Positions 44,582 through 58,900 of a stretch of DNA of 64,000 nt are shown piece after piece. The stretch is taken from assembly GCA_964016885.1 (NCBI GenBank), contig OZ024743.1:229028001-229092000 (forward strand), given 5' to 3'. The notes beneath the pieces are model-generated. The model saw only the letters and a program-made list of their open reading frames with translations, did not search any database and was not told the origin of the DNA. The stretch is from Eledone cirrhosa (taxonomy: Eukaryota). Positions within the stretch are counted from its first letter, which is position 1. Each line of letters starts with the position of its first letter. The position numbers and the translations under genes were made by a program.

Positions 44582-45187
44582 TACATATTATATACATACA
44601 CATACATAAAAACAAATATATACATGGTATTTGAGATATCTGCTATGGATTTATGTATGAGAGTATATGGCACATGTGGTTCATGTGTATATATTACATA
44701 TAGTGCATGTTGTGAGCCTGTGTGTGTAATATTTGTAAAATATTTAGGATCAAATAAATACTAAAAAGCACGTAACTTGAAATTTCAGTCATGTACATAA
44801 TGCACCCTTCACCCCCTGACAAACCTCTCTGTTTCCTTCCTTGCAATAATAAAGAAATAAGTAAAGAAATAACTAAATAGATAAATACATAATAAATAAC
44901 TAAATTTTAAAACATAACAGATTTTGATAAAATAAAGACATTCCTTCTTGTAATATTTGAGGTAGAAAAGGGTTAATTGATTAAGCTACTTAAAGCAGGG
45001 ACTGTTTGTAAAAACAAATAGATACACTGTTGCATGCATGAACATACAATAGAACTAACCATAGACAATTGCTTCTGTTTGTACTACAGATAGTGGTAGA
45101 GACAGGGAATTATGTGTGGTGTGTGTGGAATATTTCTCAAAACATCCACTCTCAACACCCACCTAATCTCACTACATCCATTATGCA

Positions 45188-45378
45188 TGGTGGATTGGCA
45201 GTATCGGTAGAGGGTCAGACGCCATGCTTTTCAGCATAGAGTTATGGCCCTTTATGATCTGAGTTCAAATCCTGCTGAGGTTAACTTTGCCTTTCATCCT
45301 TATGGGGTCGATAAAATAAAGTACCAGTAATGCACTGGGATAATTGCTGGCCTTGTGCCAAAAGTAGAAATAATTATT
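45188..45378 (+). mobile_element. tRNA-headed SINE (11513 family)
   Basis: Full-length match to 18216-18405. Confidence 0.92.
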
Positions 45379-45714
45379 GTAATTATTGAAGAGTAACTTG
45401 GCTGTATGGTTAAGGTGTTTATCTCATAACCACAAAGTTTTATAGTTCACTTCCATTGTGTGGCATCTTTGACATGTACCTTCTATTATAGTCTTAGATT
45501 GACCAACACTTGGTGAGTGGAATTCGGTTTATGGAAACCAGTAGAAGCCAGATATGGCTAGGTAATTAAAAAGTTTGCTTTGCAACCAATCAAATATCAG
45601 GTGACTTCCACTGCATAGAATCTTGGAAAAGTGTCTTCTATAGTTGGGTGGAATTTGGTAGACAGATACTGTAGAAGCTTGTTATACATAATATATGTGT
45701 AATAGCAATATATT

Positions 45715-46115
45715 TGAGCAGCAAATCATAAACGAACTGAGAGAGAAACTGGGCATAAGATGGATCAGATGCAGTGAGCAGGAGAGGAGATTGCATTGGT
45801 ATGGACGTGTGATGCACATGAAGGATCATCATTGCATAAAAAGATGCAGTGCTCAAAATTGATGGAAGCTATGGAGTGGGAAGACCTGTGTCCAGCCCAC
45901 ATTGTAAAGTGGACATGTAATGTTTTGTGACAAAAAGTACAATACTCACTGTAAAAGCGGTTGGCATTAGGAAATGCATCCAGCCATAGAAACCAAGTTA
46001 GAAACAGTTCTGTATGAGCAAGAGACAGTCACTTGATCTGACTTGTCTCACAATGGGAAAACTTGTCTAACCCATGTTAGCATGGAAACATGGATAAACG
46101 GTGATGATGATGATG
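45715..46115 (+). mobile_element. Old RTE 3' coding fragment followed by RTE tail
   Basis: ELREKLGIR..ERRLHWYGRVMHM remnant, then catggaaacatggataaacggtgatgatgatg. Confidence 0.75.
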
Positions 46116-47479
46116 ACCTATATATGTATGTGTGTGTGTATTCTAATTTATGTACCATCTTAGCAGTTCGAAATGAAGACATCATTAAGATAACTTCCAA
46201 ACTTGAAAAAAATCAAGTACTGGGATTGCTATTATCAACTAAATCAAGATAGAGCCCCAGCATGGTCAGGTTATAAAGACTGAAACCAATAAATGAATTT
46301 AAGAACATGTGTACGTTTGTGTGTGTGAGTTTACCTTGTATCTGTATTTATATCCCATAACTTATCAGTTTGACAAAAAAGAGATTCATAAAATAAGCCC
46401 TGGCCTTGTATAAATAAGTCCCAGAGTTGATATGATTCACTAAAATCACTTTTAAGGCAATGCCCCAGTATGCCACAGTCGAAGAAAAGACTAAAATATT
46501 GGAATTATATTTTCCAATGGAACTGAATATTTGTTGTTATTTTTATTATTTTATACAATAAAATATATAATATAAAGAATATATAAAATAAATTGTGATT
46601 ATTATTATTATTTCAAATCTAAATGAACCTAATTCATTAAATCAAATTTGTCAGTAATAGATTCATTTAAGAGTTTATTAAATCACGTGAATGATAAAAT
46701 GTGGGTGTATGAAGGGAAGACAAATTGTGTGAATGTGAATGTGTGAATATATTTGCAAATAGTAGTGGTAAAAGGAAAAAAGAAGAGAGAGAAGAGAAGG
46801 GAGGAATGCAGGAATATGAAGAAAAGAGTGAGAGATAGAAGTGGAAATCGAGGGAAATATTTAAAATAGGGGAGGAGCAGCTAGAGCTAAAAGGGGGAAA
46901 GAGAATGTAAAATGAGGAAAAGAGAGCAAATGGCAGGAAACAAAAGAGAAGGAAGGTGGGGAGGAAAGAAACTGATCATCTTATTAGACCAAGGAAACTA
47001 TGTTTCCATTGGTCTTTCTATTGTTGATATTGTGTCTGTTAATCACAACTCCAGGCAGAAGATGGGATTTGAACTCAAAGAGCAAAGAGCCAGATCATCT
47101 ACCATAAGGCATCCCATCAGGTTCTGAACTTTTTTACCATATTTCTAATGACGTATGTTCAATTAATTAATGAAGAATCTGGAGGGATTTACTAAATTTA
47201 TTGATTATTTCTAGATTAAGGTAGTATTTGTAACATAACAAAAATGATTTTCTTTAAAATTAGGTTGGAATGTACTTCTGTTTCATAGAATCAGAACCAA
47301 TTTTGGCTGGGCTAGTATCAAAACAGTAAAACAATTCTGTGAATCCACTACTCCTGAAATGGTACTACATTTATTGACCCTGCTTAAGAGAAAAGAGAAA
47401 AATCTACAAAGAGAAAGAGAGGGTGAGGAGATAGTGAAGAGAATGAGAAGGAAATATATATATATATATATATATATAT

Positions 47480-47864
47480 GCAAAAGTTCTATTTAAATTG
47501 TTGGGATACAACAAGCAAATATTTTTATAACTGATATAAAGCACTCGACAAGTATTTGGAGTAAATATACTATATTAACAAATGGAAACTATATTTATAA
47601 AACCATATTTATTTCATTATACATATTTCAAGGATACCATGTTAAATTATGGTAAAATACAATATATACCAGTTTTATAAATAAACATTGACGTACCCTT
47701 TCAAAATGCAACCGTTACTTTTGCAAGACATCAGGATAGTGGATTTGTTTATTTTAGTAAGTCGTTTTGTTTTTCCTTAACAAAACGACTTACTAAAATA
47801 AACAAATCCACTATCCTGATGTCTTCCAAAAGTAACTGTTGCATTTTGAAAGGGTACGTCAATG
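47480..47864 (-). mobile_element. (TA)n-anchored hammerhead-family element (core deleted) ending in an 86-bp fold-back
   Basis: 47480-47735 aligns with 63503-63775 apart from a 15-nt deletion; inverted arms at 47686-47771 and 47779-47864. Confidence 0.85.
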
Positions 47865-49987
47865 ATAAGAAGGTAGCTTGGAAGTGTCACTACGAAAGGC
47901 TACTAAATGAGGAGAATAAATGGGAGAAAGACAGTCTCCCCCACATCGATCCAATAGAGGAACCAGCAGTGCAAGTTGAAGGTAGTATAATAAGTAAGGT
48001 GATATGAAGACAGGCAGGGCCTTCGGAAATAGTTGCTGAAAGCATCTGGAACAGTGGGACACACTATGGTCACCAGGATAGTAAACCAAGTCATACAGAA
48101 TGGGGTCACTCCGAAGGACTGGCGTAGCAGCATCATCATTAACTGCTACAAGGGTAAAGGAGATGCCCTAGATAGGGGAAACTATAGAGGCATTAAATTA
48201 ATTGACCAGGTCATGAAGGTCACAGAAAAAGTAATAGCGCAACTAATTGGAGAGCGAATTGAACTAGATGAAATGCAGTTGGGTTTGTGTCAGGTAAAAG
48301 TACCACAGACGCTCTTTTCATTTTACGACAACTACAGGAGAAGTACCTAGCAAAAAGTATACTTAGCTTTTGTTGACTTGGAGAAAGCCTTTGACAGAAT
48401 CCCCTGCTCCACTATCTGGTGGGCTCTTAGAAAACTAGGTGTTGATAAATGGCTTGTGAGAACTATACAAGCCATGTATAAAGAAACAGTCAGCAAGGTT
48501 AGAATTAACAACGAATATAGTGAAGAGTTTAGCGTAAAAGATGGTGTTCATCAGGGCTCCGTCCTTAGCCCCCTACTATTTATTATTGCCCTTCAGGCTA
48601 TAACAGAGGAGTTCAAGACCGGCTGCCCATGGGAACTTCTATACGTAGATGATCTAATGCTCATAGCTGAATCAATGGCCGAACTAGAGAAGAAATTCCA
48701 AACATGGAAACATGGCCTAGAATCAAAAGGCCTTAAAATTAACCTGTCTAAGACTAAAGTTCTAGTTTGTAGGAAGGAATATAGGGCACTGGTCCCATCT
48801 GGGAAATGGCCATGCTCAGTGTGTAGGAAAGGAGTAGGCAGAAACTCCATTTTATGTCCCAAATGCAAAGTATGGGTGCATAAAAGATGTAGTGGGATCA
48901 CAGGTAAGCTAACTAAGAATATAGATTTTATATGTGGCCGGTGCTCAGGTGCAATAAGTAGCAGCAAGTGCCCACAGAATACTAGCTCATTCCATTGCAC
49001 AGATGGTTCTATGGAAATAGTGGACACCTTCCGTTACCTGGGTGACAAAATCAGCAGTGGTGGAGGGTGCTCTGAAAGTACAGTAGCTAGAGTTAGAACG
49101 GGATGGAAAAAGTTCAGAGAGCTTATACCACTATTGGCCGCTAAAGGGTTCTCTCTAAAAATGAAAGGCAAGCTGTATGATGCCTATATATGAACAGCAA
49201 TGTTACATGGAAGTGAGACCTGGGCATTGTGTGCAGAGGATATATGCAGACTGGAGAGGAATGAAGCTTGCATGCTCCGTTGGATGTGTAATAGTAATAT
49301 ACATGAATGGCAAAGCATAAATAAACTAAGGGAGAAATTAGGAATAAGAGGGATCAGATGTTGTTTACTCGGGAGAAGACTAAGTTGGTAAGGTCACGTG
49401 ATGCGTATGAAAGACGACAGCTGTATAAAAAAGTGCAGGGTGATAAAAATAGACGGTAGCCACGGAGTAGGCAAACCCAGAAAAACCTGGGACGACTTGA
49501 TAAATTCCAACCTCACACACTTACACCTCTCCAAGACAATATCACTGGACTGAGATCTTTGGCGCTACACAGTAATACAGAAGACCCCCCGCCTTGCCTA
49601 AGTACAAAATGAAACCTACAGTCAGTAGGCACCTCTAACAAAATACACCCCCGTCCCACTACTCCCACCCCACCATACCACCTCTTTCAATGTAAAGTTA
49701 TGTTGGTACCACAACATCCAGGCCAAAACAAATGAGGTAATGTAGGTGTCATGACAAAAAAACACACAGTCCACGCTGTAATGTGGCCGTGTAGGTAACA
49801 CGGTAAAAACCTCCCAGTCCACACTGTAAATGTGGTTGGTGTTAGGAACGGCATCCAGCTGTAGAAAACCCGCCAGACAGTCCTATACGAGCAAGACAAC
49901 CAATCTTGCCTCAAGTGGGAAAATTCCCATCCAAACCCATGCAAGCGTGGAAGATGGACGTTAAACGATGATGATGATGATGATGAT
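47863..49987 (+). mobile_element. 5'-truncated RTE LINE, same family as 5323-9460, with intact 3' UTR and (GAT)n tail
   Basis: Closely similar RT (GVHQGS, YVDD instead of YADD, C4HC3 finger, FRYLG); frameshifts and stops; ends ggacgttaaac(gat)7. Confidence 0.95.
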
Positions 49988-50620
49988 AGGCAAAGTGGGT
50001 GCAGACCATGTGAAAAGAAAAAAAAATGTTATTGACATTGTAAATTCAGTGCAGGGACCTAATAACCATGTTAAATTCATGGATTGTTACAAGAATCTTA
50101 AAAACTTTATTTCCATCCAGGAAAGGGGAGGAAAATAACAAAACCAAACCAAATGCATAAATAATAATAAATAAATAAAATGGAAGTTAAAGAGGCCACA
50201 GGGATTAAGGTAAGTTCAAATCAGATGCCATCTGCTCCTTATAACTTACAGTGACAACTTTGCAGGCAAGACCACAAATACCAACCTTTCGGTCTTCTTC
50301 ATTGCTTCAAGCAAGACAGTGAACATCTGTCAAAGCGCCAAAGGATTATTGAACGTCACCAAGGAACTATTGGTGAACCCACTTTGTTTGGCCGCTAGTC
50401 ATTTAATTAACAAGCAGTGGGGTCAGTGGATTATGCATGTTTCGAATAGTTATCAGTGAATTAACAACTGTAATAGAGTTTCCTGCTTATTATTTTTATG
50501 GAAAGTATTTTCTTTTTTCATTTCATTAGTCATCAACTGAACTTTCTGAACATTGTGACAGTGAAGAGGAAAATGTTAATTTCTTTATAATTTCAAAAAA
50601 AGCATCATGCACATGCACAC

Positions 50621-50622
<2 letters not shown>

Positions 50623-50712
<90 letters not shown>
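50623..50712. repeat. Compound (GA)n(GT)n microsatellite
   Basis: Direct reading. Confidence 0.98.
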
Positions 50713-50715
<3 letters not shown>

Positions 50716-51713
50716 GGGACATGTCTTAGTGGTTAAAATGTTTGGCTCACTATCATAAGGTCATGGCTTCCTTTGTGGCTTCCATTGTTTCCTTAAGCAA
50801 GGTATTATTTTATATTGCTCTAGCTAGTAAAATTATGTCAAACCTGTAAATCAAATGGCCAACCTTATCATACACAGTTTCATATTTTATCTCCCTGAGA
50901 AATACATTAAACTTACACATGTCTGTGGAATGCTTAGGCACGTGCATGTTAATTTCATGAGCTGGCTGTTCCATTTATTCATACAATTGGAACACTCACC
51001 ATCGGAACTGATAAAAGTCGCACACACACACACTTATATATAAGTGTGTGCGTGTGTTTTGAATAAGTTATTTGCCTCACAATATAATTAGTGCAAAATG
51101 ATTTATATAAACTGAAGTACTAAAGAACCAATTTCATTTCCTAGTGGCATTAACCCGTTAACACTGTGAAACTGAAATTAATATAAGTAATTAATTCCGT
51201 TGACATAGCTCAAAGGAAAATATATTCTTTGATTTCAATTTAAAGTTTTTAAGAAATCATAAAATGCTGAGTTTGAACTTACCAGCTTATAAATTATTCC
51301 CACATTTAGCTTTTTGCATGGTTTTTTCAATGTTCATTGTTTGACAATGATGAAGTTGTGTACAATATTTTTAGAAAATAATTGTCCACCGCATACTAAC
51401 TTTCTCATTATTAAGCTGGGGTTTGGAATATAACTTAAATGTTCTTACATAAATTTATGATTTTTAGGTAGATATAAGCACTTTAAACAGTTTTGTATTT
51501 TAAAACCAGGGTCAGTTTCAGACAGTTTTGTATAAAAAGGATTAATATGGTTACACAAGTTTATATACCACCTGCATCTAAAAAGTAAGTTGTTTGTATT
51601 ATGTGATGTTTACTTTAAAACTTGCCTGTGCTCGTATTTGAAATATTTTAATATTCTTCTACAAGTGCTTTTTTTTTAGGTTATTGCCAAAATAATGAAT
51701 TTTTTTCAAATGC

Positions 51714-52240
51714 ATCATCATCATAATTATTTTTATGTCTGTTTTTCTATACTTACATACGTTAGACATGTCTTCTCCAGTAGAGCATCTCTGCACTTGT
51801 CTTTTTTCTTTATCACCTTTTAGAGGTAAAGCATCCTTAGTTAGACTCACATTCGCCACTTAAGTCCAAGTGTACTTCAGTCTACCATTAGCCCTTTTTC
51901 TTCCACTTCAAGCACCTGGCACATCTTCAATCAATGATCACTATCTATACCAATTACATGTCTGTACCAGTGCAGTCTTCTCTCTTGTATTCTACTAATC
52001 TAATTCTTTTTATATCCAGTTTTTCTCTCAGCTCATCTGTACTTTGTCATTTATACATACTCACATTATACATTGAATAGAGTATACTTAATTCATTTCT
52101 TTCTAGTCTTCACTACTAAGCAACAGCACATTTTGTATATAGACATCATACAATGTACTCTTCACTCAGAGAGAGAGAAGCTCCTTATTGCCAGCAAACG
52201 TAGCTGATCACAGAACCTTCCCCCACCCTATTCTTATGCT
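51714..52240 (-). mobile_element. Old RTE LINE 3' fragment
   Basis: (CAT)n tail; gtaccagtgcagtcttctctcttg encodes QERRLHWY on the minus strand. Confidence 0.7.
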
Positions 52241-53453
52241 TTAACTAATTTCATTAAATAAGAAGTAATAAAGTTTGTGTATAATTGTGTAAAACATTCT
52301 ATACAAATGATATCTTCAATGTTTTGGGACATTTAAGTTTGACAGAGACCATCCTTCTCTAGGTTTGTACATAGTCAATTTTGTTCAGAGAAATAGAGAG
52401 ACAGATTGAGTGAGAGAAAGGGAACGAGAAGGAGATATAGAGAAACAACCTACACTCATAATGGATTGGTACTTTATTTATCCTCAAAAGGATAAACAAC
52501 AGTTGTTTTGAACTCAGAGTGCAGAGATCCGCAACAAATAATATGCTGTAATGATTCTGCTAATATCAGATTCTGTTGTTACACTTTTATCCGTATCAGA
52601 TATGGTAAATGCACTATTGGACAGTATGCTGGGAAAATGATATTATATTTGTTAATAATTTTGGTTTTGATCAAAAGCATTAACTTTGACTAATACTCTT
52701 AAACTGCTGTTCATTACTTTTATTTTGTTCTATTGTTGTGGTACTAACAGTAACGCGAAAAAGTCCCCATTGATTTGTTGATAATTCTAGTTATTCTTTG
52801 ATGTTATAAATACTACAAGAATAGGCAGAAGTCTTTGAATAACTAATCTTCAGTTGATTATTGTTGTTAAATTCTGTCATGTGTGCCATGTCTTTTGATA
52901 ATATACACAGCTACATTAAGGGACAAGTGAATTTCTATGACCTTTTGACCCAATTTAATCTGGCTTTCTCTGATTTTCTGTCAAGCACATACAATCTACT
53001 AATCACATGAAGAGTTGATTTCTATTTGTTTTGGTAACTGGTGTTCCATTTGTCTTCGACAAAAGGGTCAGTAGAAATGCTTGTCAAAATCATCATTCTA
53101 ATTCTTTTTCTCTTGAGAAGAAAGACAATAGCTTTCACCTCTCATGCCCTTTTCATCTTTATTGCTTGACCATTGGACTGAATACCAGCTGTCATATGAC
53201 TGGGCAGTGATTTTATTCTGGAAGCTTTCATTAATTCTTAATGTTGGTTCAACTGTTAAAATACCAACAGCATATTTAAAGAGAATAAATGGTAGCTTTA
53301 TATTTTGTTTGTTTGTTGAAGGAGCTATAGAGAAAGAGAGAAATGGACAGATGCATATAGACAGATGATTCTTTTGATGAATTCATTGTTATTAATTTTT
53401 CTTCTATATTAGTTGCCTTGTATGAAACTGAAGATATATCAGAGATTGTTTAA

Positions 53454-53689
53454 GCCCATTTGTGGCCATATTTCTAAAGAAATACATTCTATTTCATGTT
53501 AATGAATTAATGAAGAATCTTTAGGGATTTCCTAATATTATTAATTATTTCATTATAAAGATAGTAATTTAAGATACTCTTCTTATATAAAATTATATTG
53601 GAAGATTTTAATTTATGGGAACTGAATAAATTGGGGGGTTTTGTTTCATAAAACCAGAGCCAGTTTTGGCCAGGTTGGTATCAAAAGGG
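53454..53689 (+). mobile_element. piggyBac-type MITE
   Basis: ttaa|gcccatttgtggcc...ggttggtatcaaaaggg|ttaa. Confidence 0.8.
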
Positions 53690-54534
53690 TTAAATAATAT
53701 CAATGGTAAATTTTATTTTTGCATGACAATTTCTTTCTTGTTCAATAAACAAACAGTGGAATGTAGACAAATAGTTGTTGATGAATTCTTTGTCATTAAT
53801 TTTCTCTACGTATAATAGTGTTTTTTGGTTACTCTGGTTGCCATTGTGACTTCTGGTGTCCACCATCTATGGACTGTCATTTACTTCTGCCAATTCAGGA
53901 AGGTATCTCTAAGTTTAGGAAAGAGTTCTATGAGGTAGAATGGCTGATGTAGTGGGTATCACATCACTGGCTGTTCTCTGTGGTAATGTTTTTGCTATCT
54001 TTTCCATGAGGTTCAGCTAAAATGTACTAAGTGTACTAAAATGTACCAAGTATAGAATTTGCCCCTTCTTTTATTTATTTTACTTCTTCATTTTCTCCTT
54101 CCCCCTTTTATCTTTTTTCTGTTTTTATGTTTGTAAATATTGAATATGAAATTTTGAATAAAAAAAATTAGTTTTGTTAATATGACTAACTGTGGTCTAG
54201 TATTAAACAGAAGATATAACAGAGATTATATTAAACCTGAAACTGAACTATCAGAAGGATTATACATTGAAAATTGTTTTCCATTCATAATAATTAAAAA
54301 CTTTAAATAATAACTTTCCTCCATCTTTATTAATTGTTTGTTTGTTTTAACATTGAGTGTGAAACACTTCAAGCAATGAATACCTAGATTTATATCGTAA
54401 ATGATTGGAAGTTACCATAGATACAGTATTGCTGGTTCCTTTCACAAGGGGAAAGTAGGACAGCAGAAGGATTTTATTCAGAATATATTTATATAGAAGT
54501 TATGCAGTATTCATTGCTGAATTTTGGAATGAAA

Positions 54535-54940
54535 ACCTTTGGAGCAAAACTGCCTAAAACCATTCTTCAACACAAACCTCTTTTTTTTTTAAAAACTTAC
54601 CATTATAATTTTATGTAGGAACTTTCTACTTATTCTTAACACCACCTTAATAATTGCTTCTATTTTTGGCACAAGGCCAGCAATTACCCAGTGCATTACT
54701 GGTACTTTATTTCATCGACCCCGTAAGGATGAAAGGCAAAGTTAATCTCAGCGGGATTTGAACTCAGATCATAAAGGGCCATAACTCTATGTTGCAAAGC
54801 ATGGCATCCGACCTTCTACCGATACCTGCTAATCCACCAGTTTGTTATATTACTAAATTCTTCCAAAAGTTTTGATTCTTTTCAAAATTATTTGAAAATC
54901 TCAGGCAATGTCTTTCATTAGAAATATGGCAACAAAAGGA
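54535..54940 (-). mobile_element. piggyBac-type MITE interrupted by a SINE
   Basis: aggcaatgtctttcattagaaatatggcaacaaaagga|ttaa is the reverse complement of the MITE left end. Confidence 0.75.
54649..54839 (-). mobile_element. tRNA-headed SINE (11513 family)
   Basis: Full reverse-complement match; an older relative lies at ~54985-55190. Confidence 0.92.
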
Positions 54941-55891
54941 TTAATTTGTCAAAGAATATTCATAGAACCAGTCAGTCAGATATAATGGTTTTTAATTTAG
55001 GCATAAAGCCATCAAGTTGAGGAGAAGGAAAACTTCATTAACTCTACTTTAGTACTTGAATGGTACCTTATTTTATCATCCTAGGAATGATAAAAGGCAA
55101 AGCTAACCTTGGCAGGATTTGAACTCAGAACATAAAGAACCAAAAGAAATGCTGCAAAGCCTTTTATTTTAACAAGTCTGCCAATGCACCAGCCTTTAGT
55201 CAATCGGATATAATGCTTTAGTTTTACAAAGTTTTGAGCTACTTGAGAAAACAAAATTCTTCATACAATAGCAGCTGGCTTGCAATTGCAAATGAGCCTG
55301 ACTGGATAGTGAAATCGGAAGGAAATATTATCTCCTACCATCCCAGCAGTCTACTGATGTTGTGGCTGCAGTCTTCTGAAGGGAACTAGTTACCAAATGA
55401 CAAAAACAGCCAACAATAGTGCATTAACATAATGGCACCAATTAACCATATACGGATTAGGTACAGGAAGCTAAGTTATTCTAATACTGACAGGCCAAAA
55501 CTTTGAGGAAACAAAATGAAGGGAAAACTAAAGCCAAATAAGCAAATAAATGAAAGTAAATAAAAGAAACAATATTTCCATTGCCTTATTTTATCCTGCA
55601 CTCATTTTAAGATACCTACTCAAACCAAAACTATTTGTATTTTGGTAAAAGAAGGAAGAAATATAAAACTGTAATAAAACAACTACTATGCAGCAGCATG
55701 TGTTTTAAGGCCATTTCACCCTGCTAAAATAGAAGACTATAATGAAAATGAATAAATATACATTAATATACATTTTGTTGGTGGTTGGCAAAATAGAAAG
55801 GGTTCAATCTCAGTTTGAAAATGACATTTCATTCATGCCTGGCTAAGCAGGGAAATTGAATACTGGCATTTTAATGAAATTAATGACATAG

Positions 55892-55954
55892 GTTAATTCA
55901 AGATGTTATAAAACCAAAGAATTAATTTCAAGATGTTATAAAACCAAAGAATTA
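55892..55954. repeat. ~30-bp tandem duplication
   Basis: ttaatt(t)caagatgttataaaaccaaagaa twice. Confidence 0.9.
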
Positions 55955-58900
55955 ATCTAAGTGAATCAAAACAAAATAGACAAGCAGGATAAAAAATATC
56001 CATGCTAAATTATGTTTAATATTTTGAAAAAGATAAATTGATGGGAAAAGCAAACATTCCTGATTCTGAATATTTCTGAATGAAGAAAAATGACTGCAGT
56101 GAAGAATAGTTGGACAATGTCTCCACAACCAGAAAATAACTCCACCAAAACTTTCCATCCTGTATCCAACACTGACTCCCACCCTGGGCTGTATTATCCA
56201 TAAAGCTAGCTAGGCAAAACCCTAGACGCTCATCAATCTTTTCTTTTTACTGTTGTACTGGTGTGAAATATTGATCTGCCAGAGGAGTCCTAAAATACCT
56301 GAAAGCCTAGTGACCTGGCCATTGATTAATATGACTCTAAGCCCCACATTTTGGTAGGAAAGAAGAGTATATAAGGATTTGATAGTTAAACTGAAAATAA
56401 AGTATTTCATTGAAACACTCAAATGTTGTAAATGGTTTCTGATTTAGACATAAGGGCAGCAGTTTTAGAGGGTGAGGAAACCCAATTATATTAACCCTAA
56501 TACTTCAGTGGTATCTTAATTTCTCAACCTCAGCTGAATTTAAACACAAAATATAACGACCCATAAAAAATGCTACAAAGCATTTTGTCTGATTCTCTAA
56601 CAATTATTCCAATGACCTTCAAATGTCGATATAAAAAAATGAGAGATTAGATAGTCTTCGGAAGTTTAGAAATTTGTCCAAGTTCACTTCTATTAAGCAA
56701 TTTATAAAACATTAAGAACATAGCCACAGAAAATGAAGACAAAGATTCCTTTATATTTCCTGTGAATCTAAGCTTAAATTGTTAATCACCAAATAAGACC
56801 TCTTTAACTATCGCAAAATGGCAATCAACTTCACAACAAAGATTCATCTCTCTCCCTCACCTTCAAACAAAGCAAGTTTGCTATTAACTAATCACTATAC
56901 CAGGAAACTACCAACTCTTAGAATTGACTTCACTGCCAGTTCTATGCCAGCTACCTAAAACATATTGACAAATGACATTATCATAATTTTCATTCTATAG
57001 ATGTTTCATTATTTAGAGAATTGTTAGTGCAGGAAAAACTGTTTGGAATAATTGTTCCAGCTCTTTGCATTCTGAATTTAATTCCTCCTGGGGTCGATAA
57101 AATAAAGTACTTATCAAATACAGGGGTCAATTTATATTTGACTTCCATTTCTCAGAAATTATTAGCTTTGCATATACATTAGAAAGCAACAGTCAAAAAA
57201 CTAATATATAGTCATGAATAAGAGTCAAACTTGGTCTACAGAAACAACCTTCTTTTAATCAAGAGGCCTTTGTATTCTTTTTGATACCAAACCACATAAA
57301 ACAGCCCTTAGTTCTATGATACTAGAGTGTTTGTTTTGAAATGTTCATACTTATATTAAAACCTTCTATCATGTACGAGTTTTTATTGTGAAGAAGTATT
57401 CCAAATATCAGCTGACCAATAAAAACAAAGTTAATGCGCTTGACATTTTTGATTATTTTAAAAATCAATTAAAACAAATTGTCATTTGAAATATGATAAA
57501 AGATGGTCTTCTTTACAAGAGGAATATACTGGTTAAAACCAAAGGAATTTTTGGAAAAGAAAAGAAGAATGCCTTTGAGACTATTCAAAATATGAATGAT
57601 ATGCCTCAGATTTGCATATGTAAATAATACAAAAAAAATATATATATTGCTTTATGCAGATGTATGTGTGTCTAGTTTATTTGGGGTTGGTGGTAGTGTT
57701 ATATAAAAGAGACAAACACACAATTTTCTTTGCAGTCACTAATAGCAGTTCTTCGAAAAATATCTTCCACAGAAAATTCTTTTCTGCAATCATCATTATC
57801 ATTTAATGTCATTGATGATGATGATGATTGTAATCCATTAATAATATGCGAATTTGAAACTGGTGTAGACTTGAATTTTTTAGCTACTCAATTGAATTGT
57901 GAAAATGGAAAGTGTCCTTGTTCCAGGAATAATATTTGAATATTTCACTAGAATTTTAAAAAACCAAATCTTTACCAAGTTGATATATGAATTCAGAATG
58001 GATATATGGCATTGGAAGTAATATAAATTAATAATAATATCTATCAAAATTTTCATTTGTAAAGAGGACAAGGTGGAAGTGGGGAAATGGTCTTTCTAAA
58101 TTGAAATTTTTCAATATAATAGAATTAGTATTTTATTTTGTTACAGTTTTCTGCAGCCATTATATTTACTATGGTAATAAACTAAACATTTGGCAATTTC
58201 AGACATATCTAGCTTACAATTCAGTCGCTCAATGTAACTTTTATTTTCATAAAAATATCAAAATAATTTCTGAGATTGGCATGAAACTTGCATAAAATAT
58301 ATTTAACAATAATAATAAAATTAAAAATAGTAAAGCTAACATTACAATAAAAATAACAGACACTAATATAACAGCAACAGCATTAAAAATAATAATAATC
58401 TAAAACAATAACAAATAAGTTTCTATGAATTTTCTAATATTTCAAAAATGCAAAATAGAAAATAAAAATGTTCTTCTATATTCAGAATTACTGTTTTACT
58501 TATGTGTTTAATTTATGAGTTATTCTTTGAAATAAACAACCACACACATACATACATACATACATACATTCATATATATATATATATAAAGGCTTTAGTG
58601 AACGTACATCTGGAATTTTTTTTTTTAGGTAAAAATCTTTTATCCTTATTTATATTCTCAGATGATGTTAACTATACATTAATGCTAGTGTTATTTTTTC
58701 TGCTACTTCAACAGCAAAGTAATACACACTGCACAATTACACAAATGTTTCAATATATGGAATATTATGCAGTTAATGTTTGCATTTCTCAAATCAGTAA
58801 AGTAATGAAGTTGAATTGATATACACAGCAAATGAAGGAATAGATTTTCAGTTCTTAAATGGAAGCTTCTTGTGGGCTTGAGCAAGTTATTTAACTTTAA

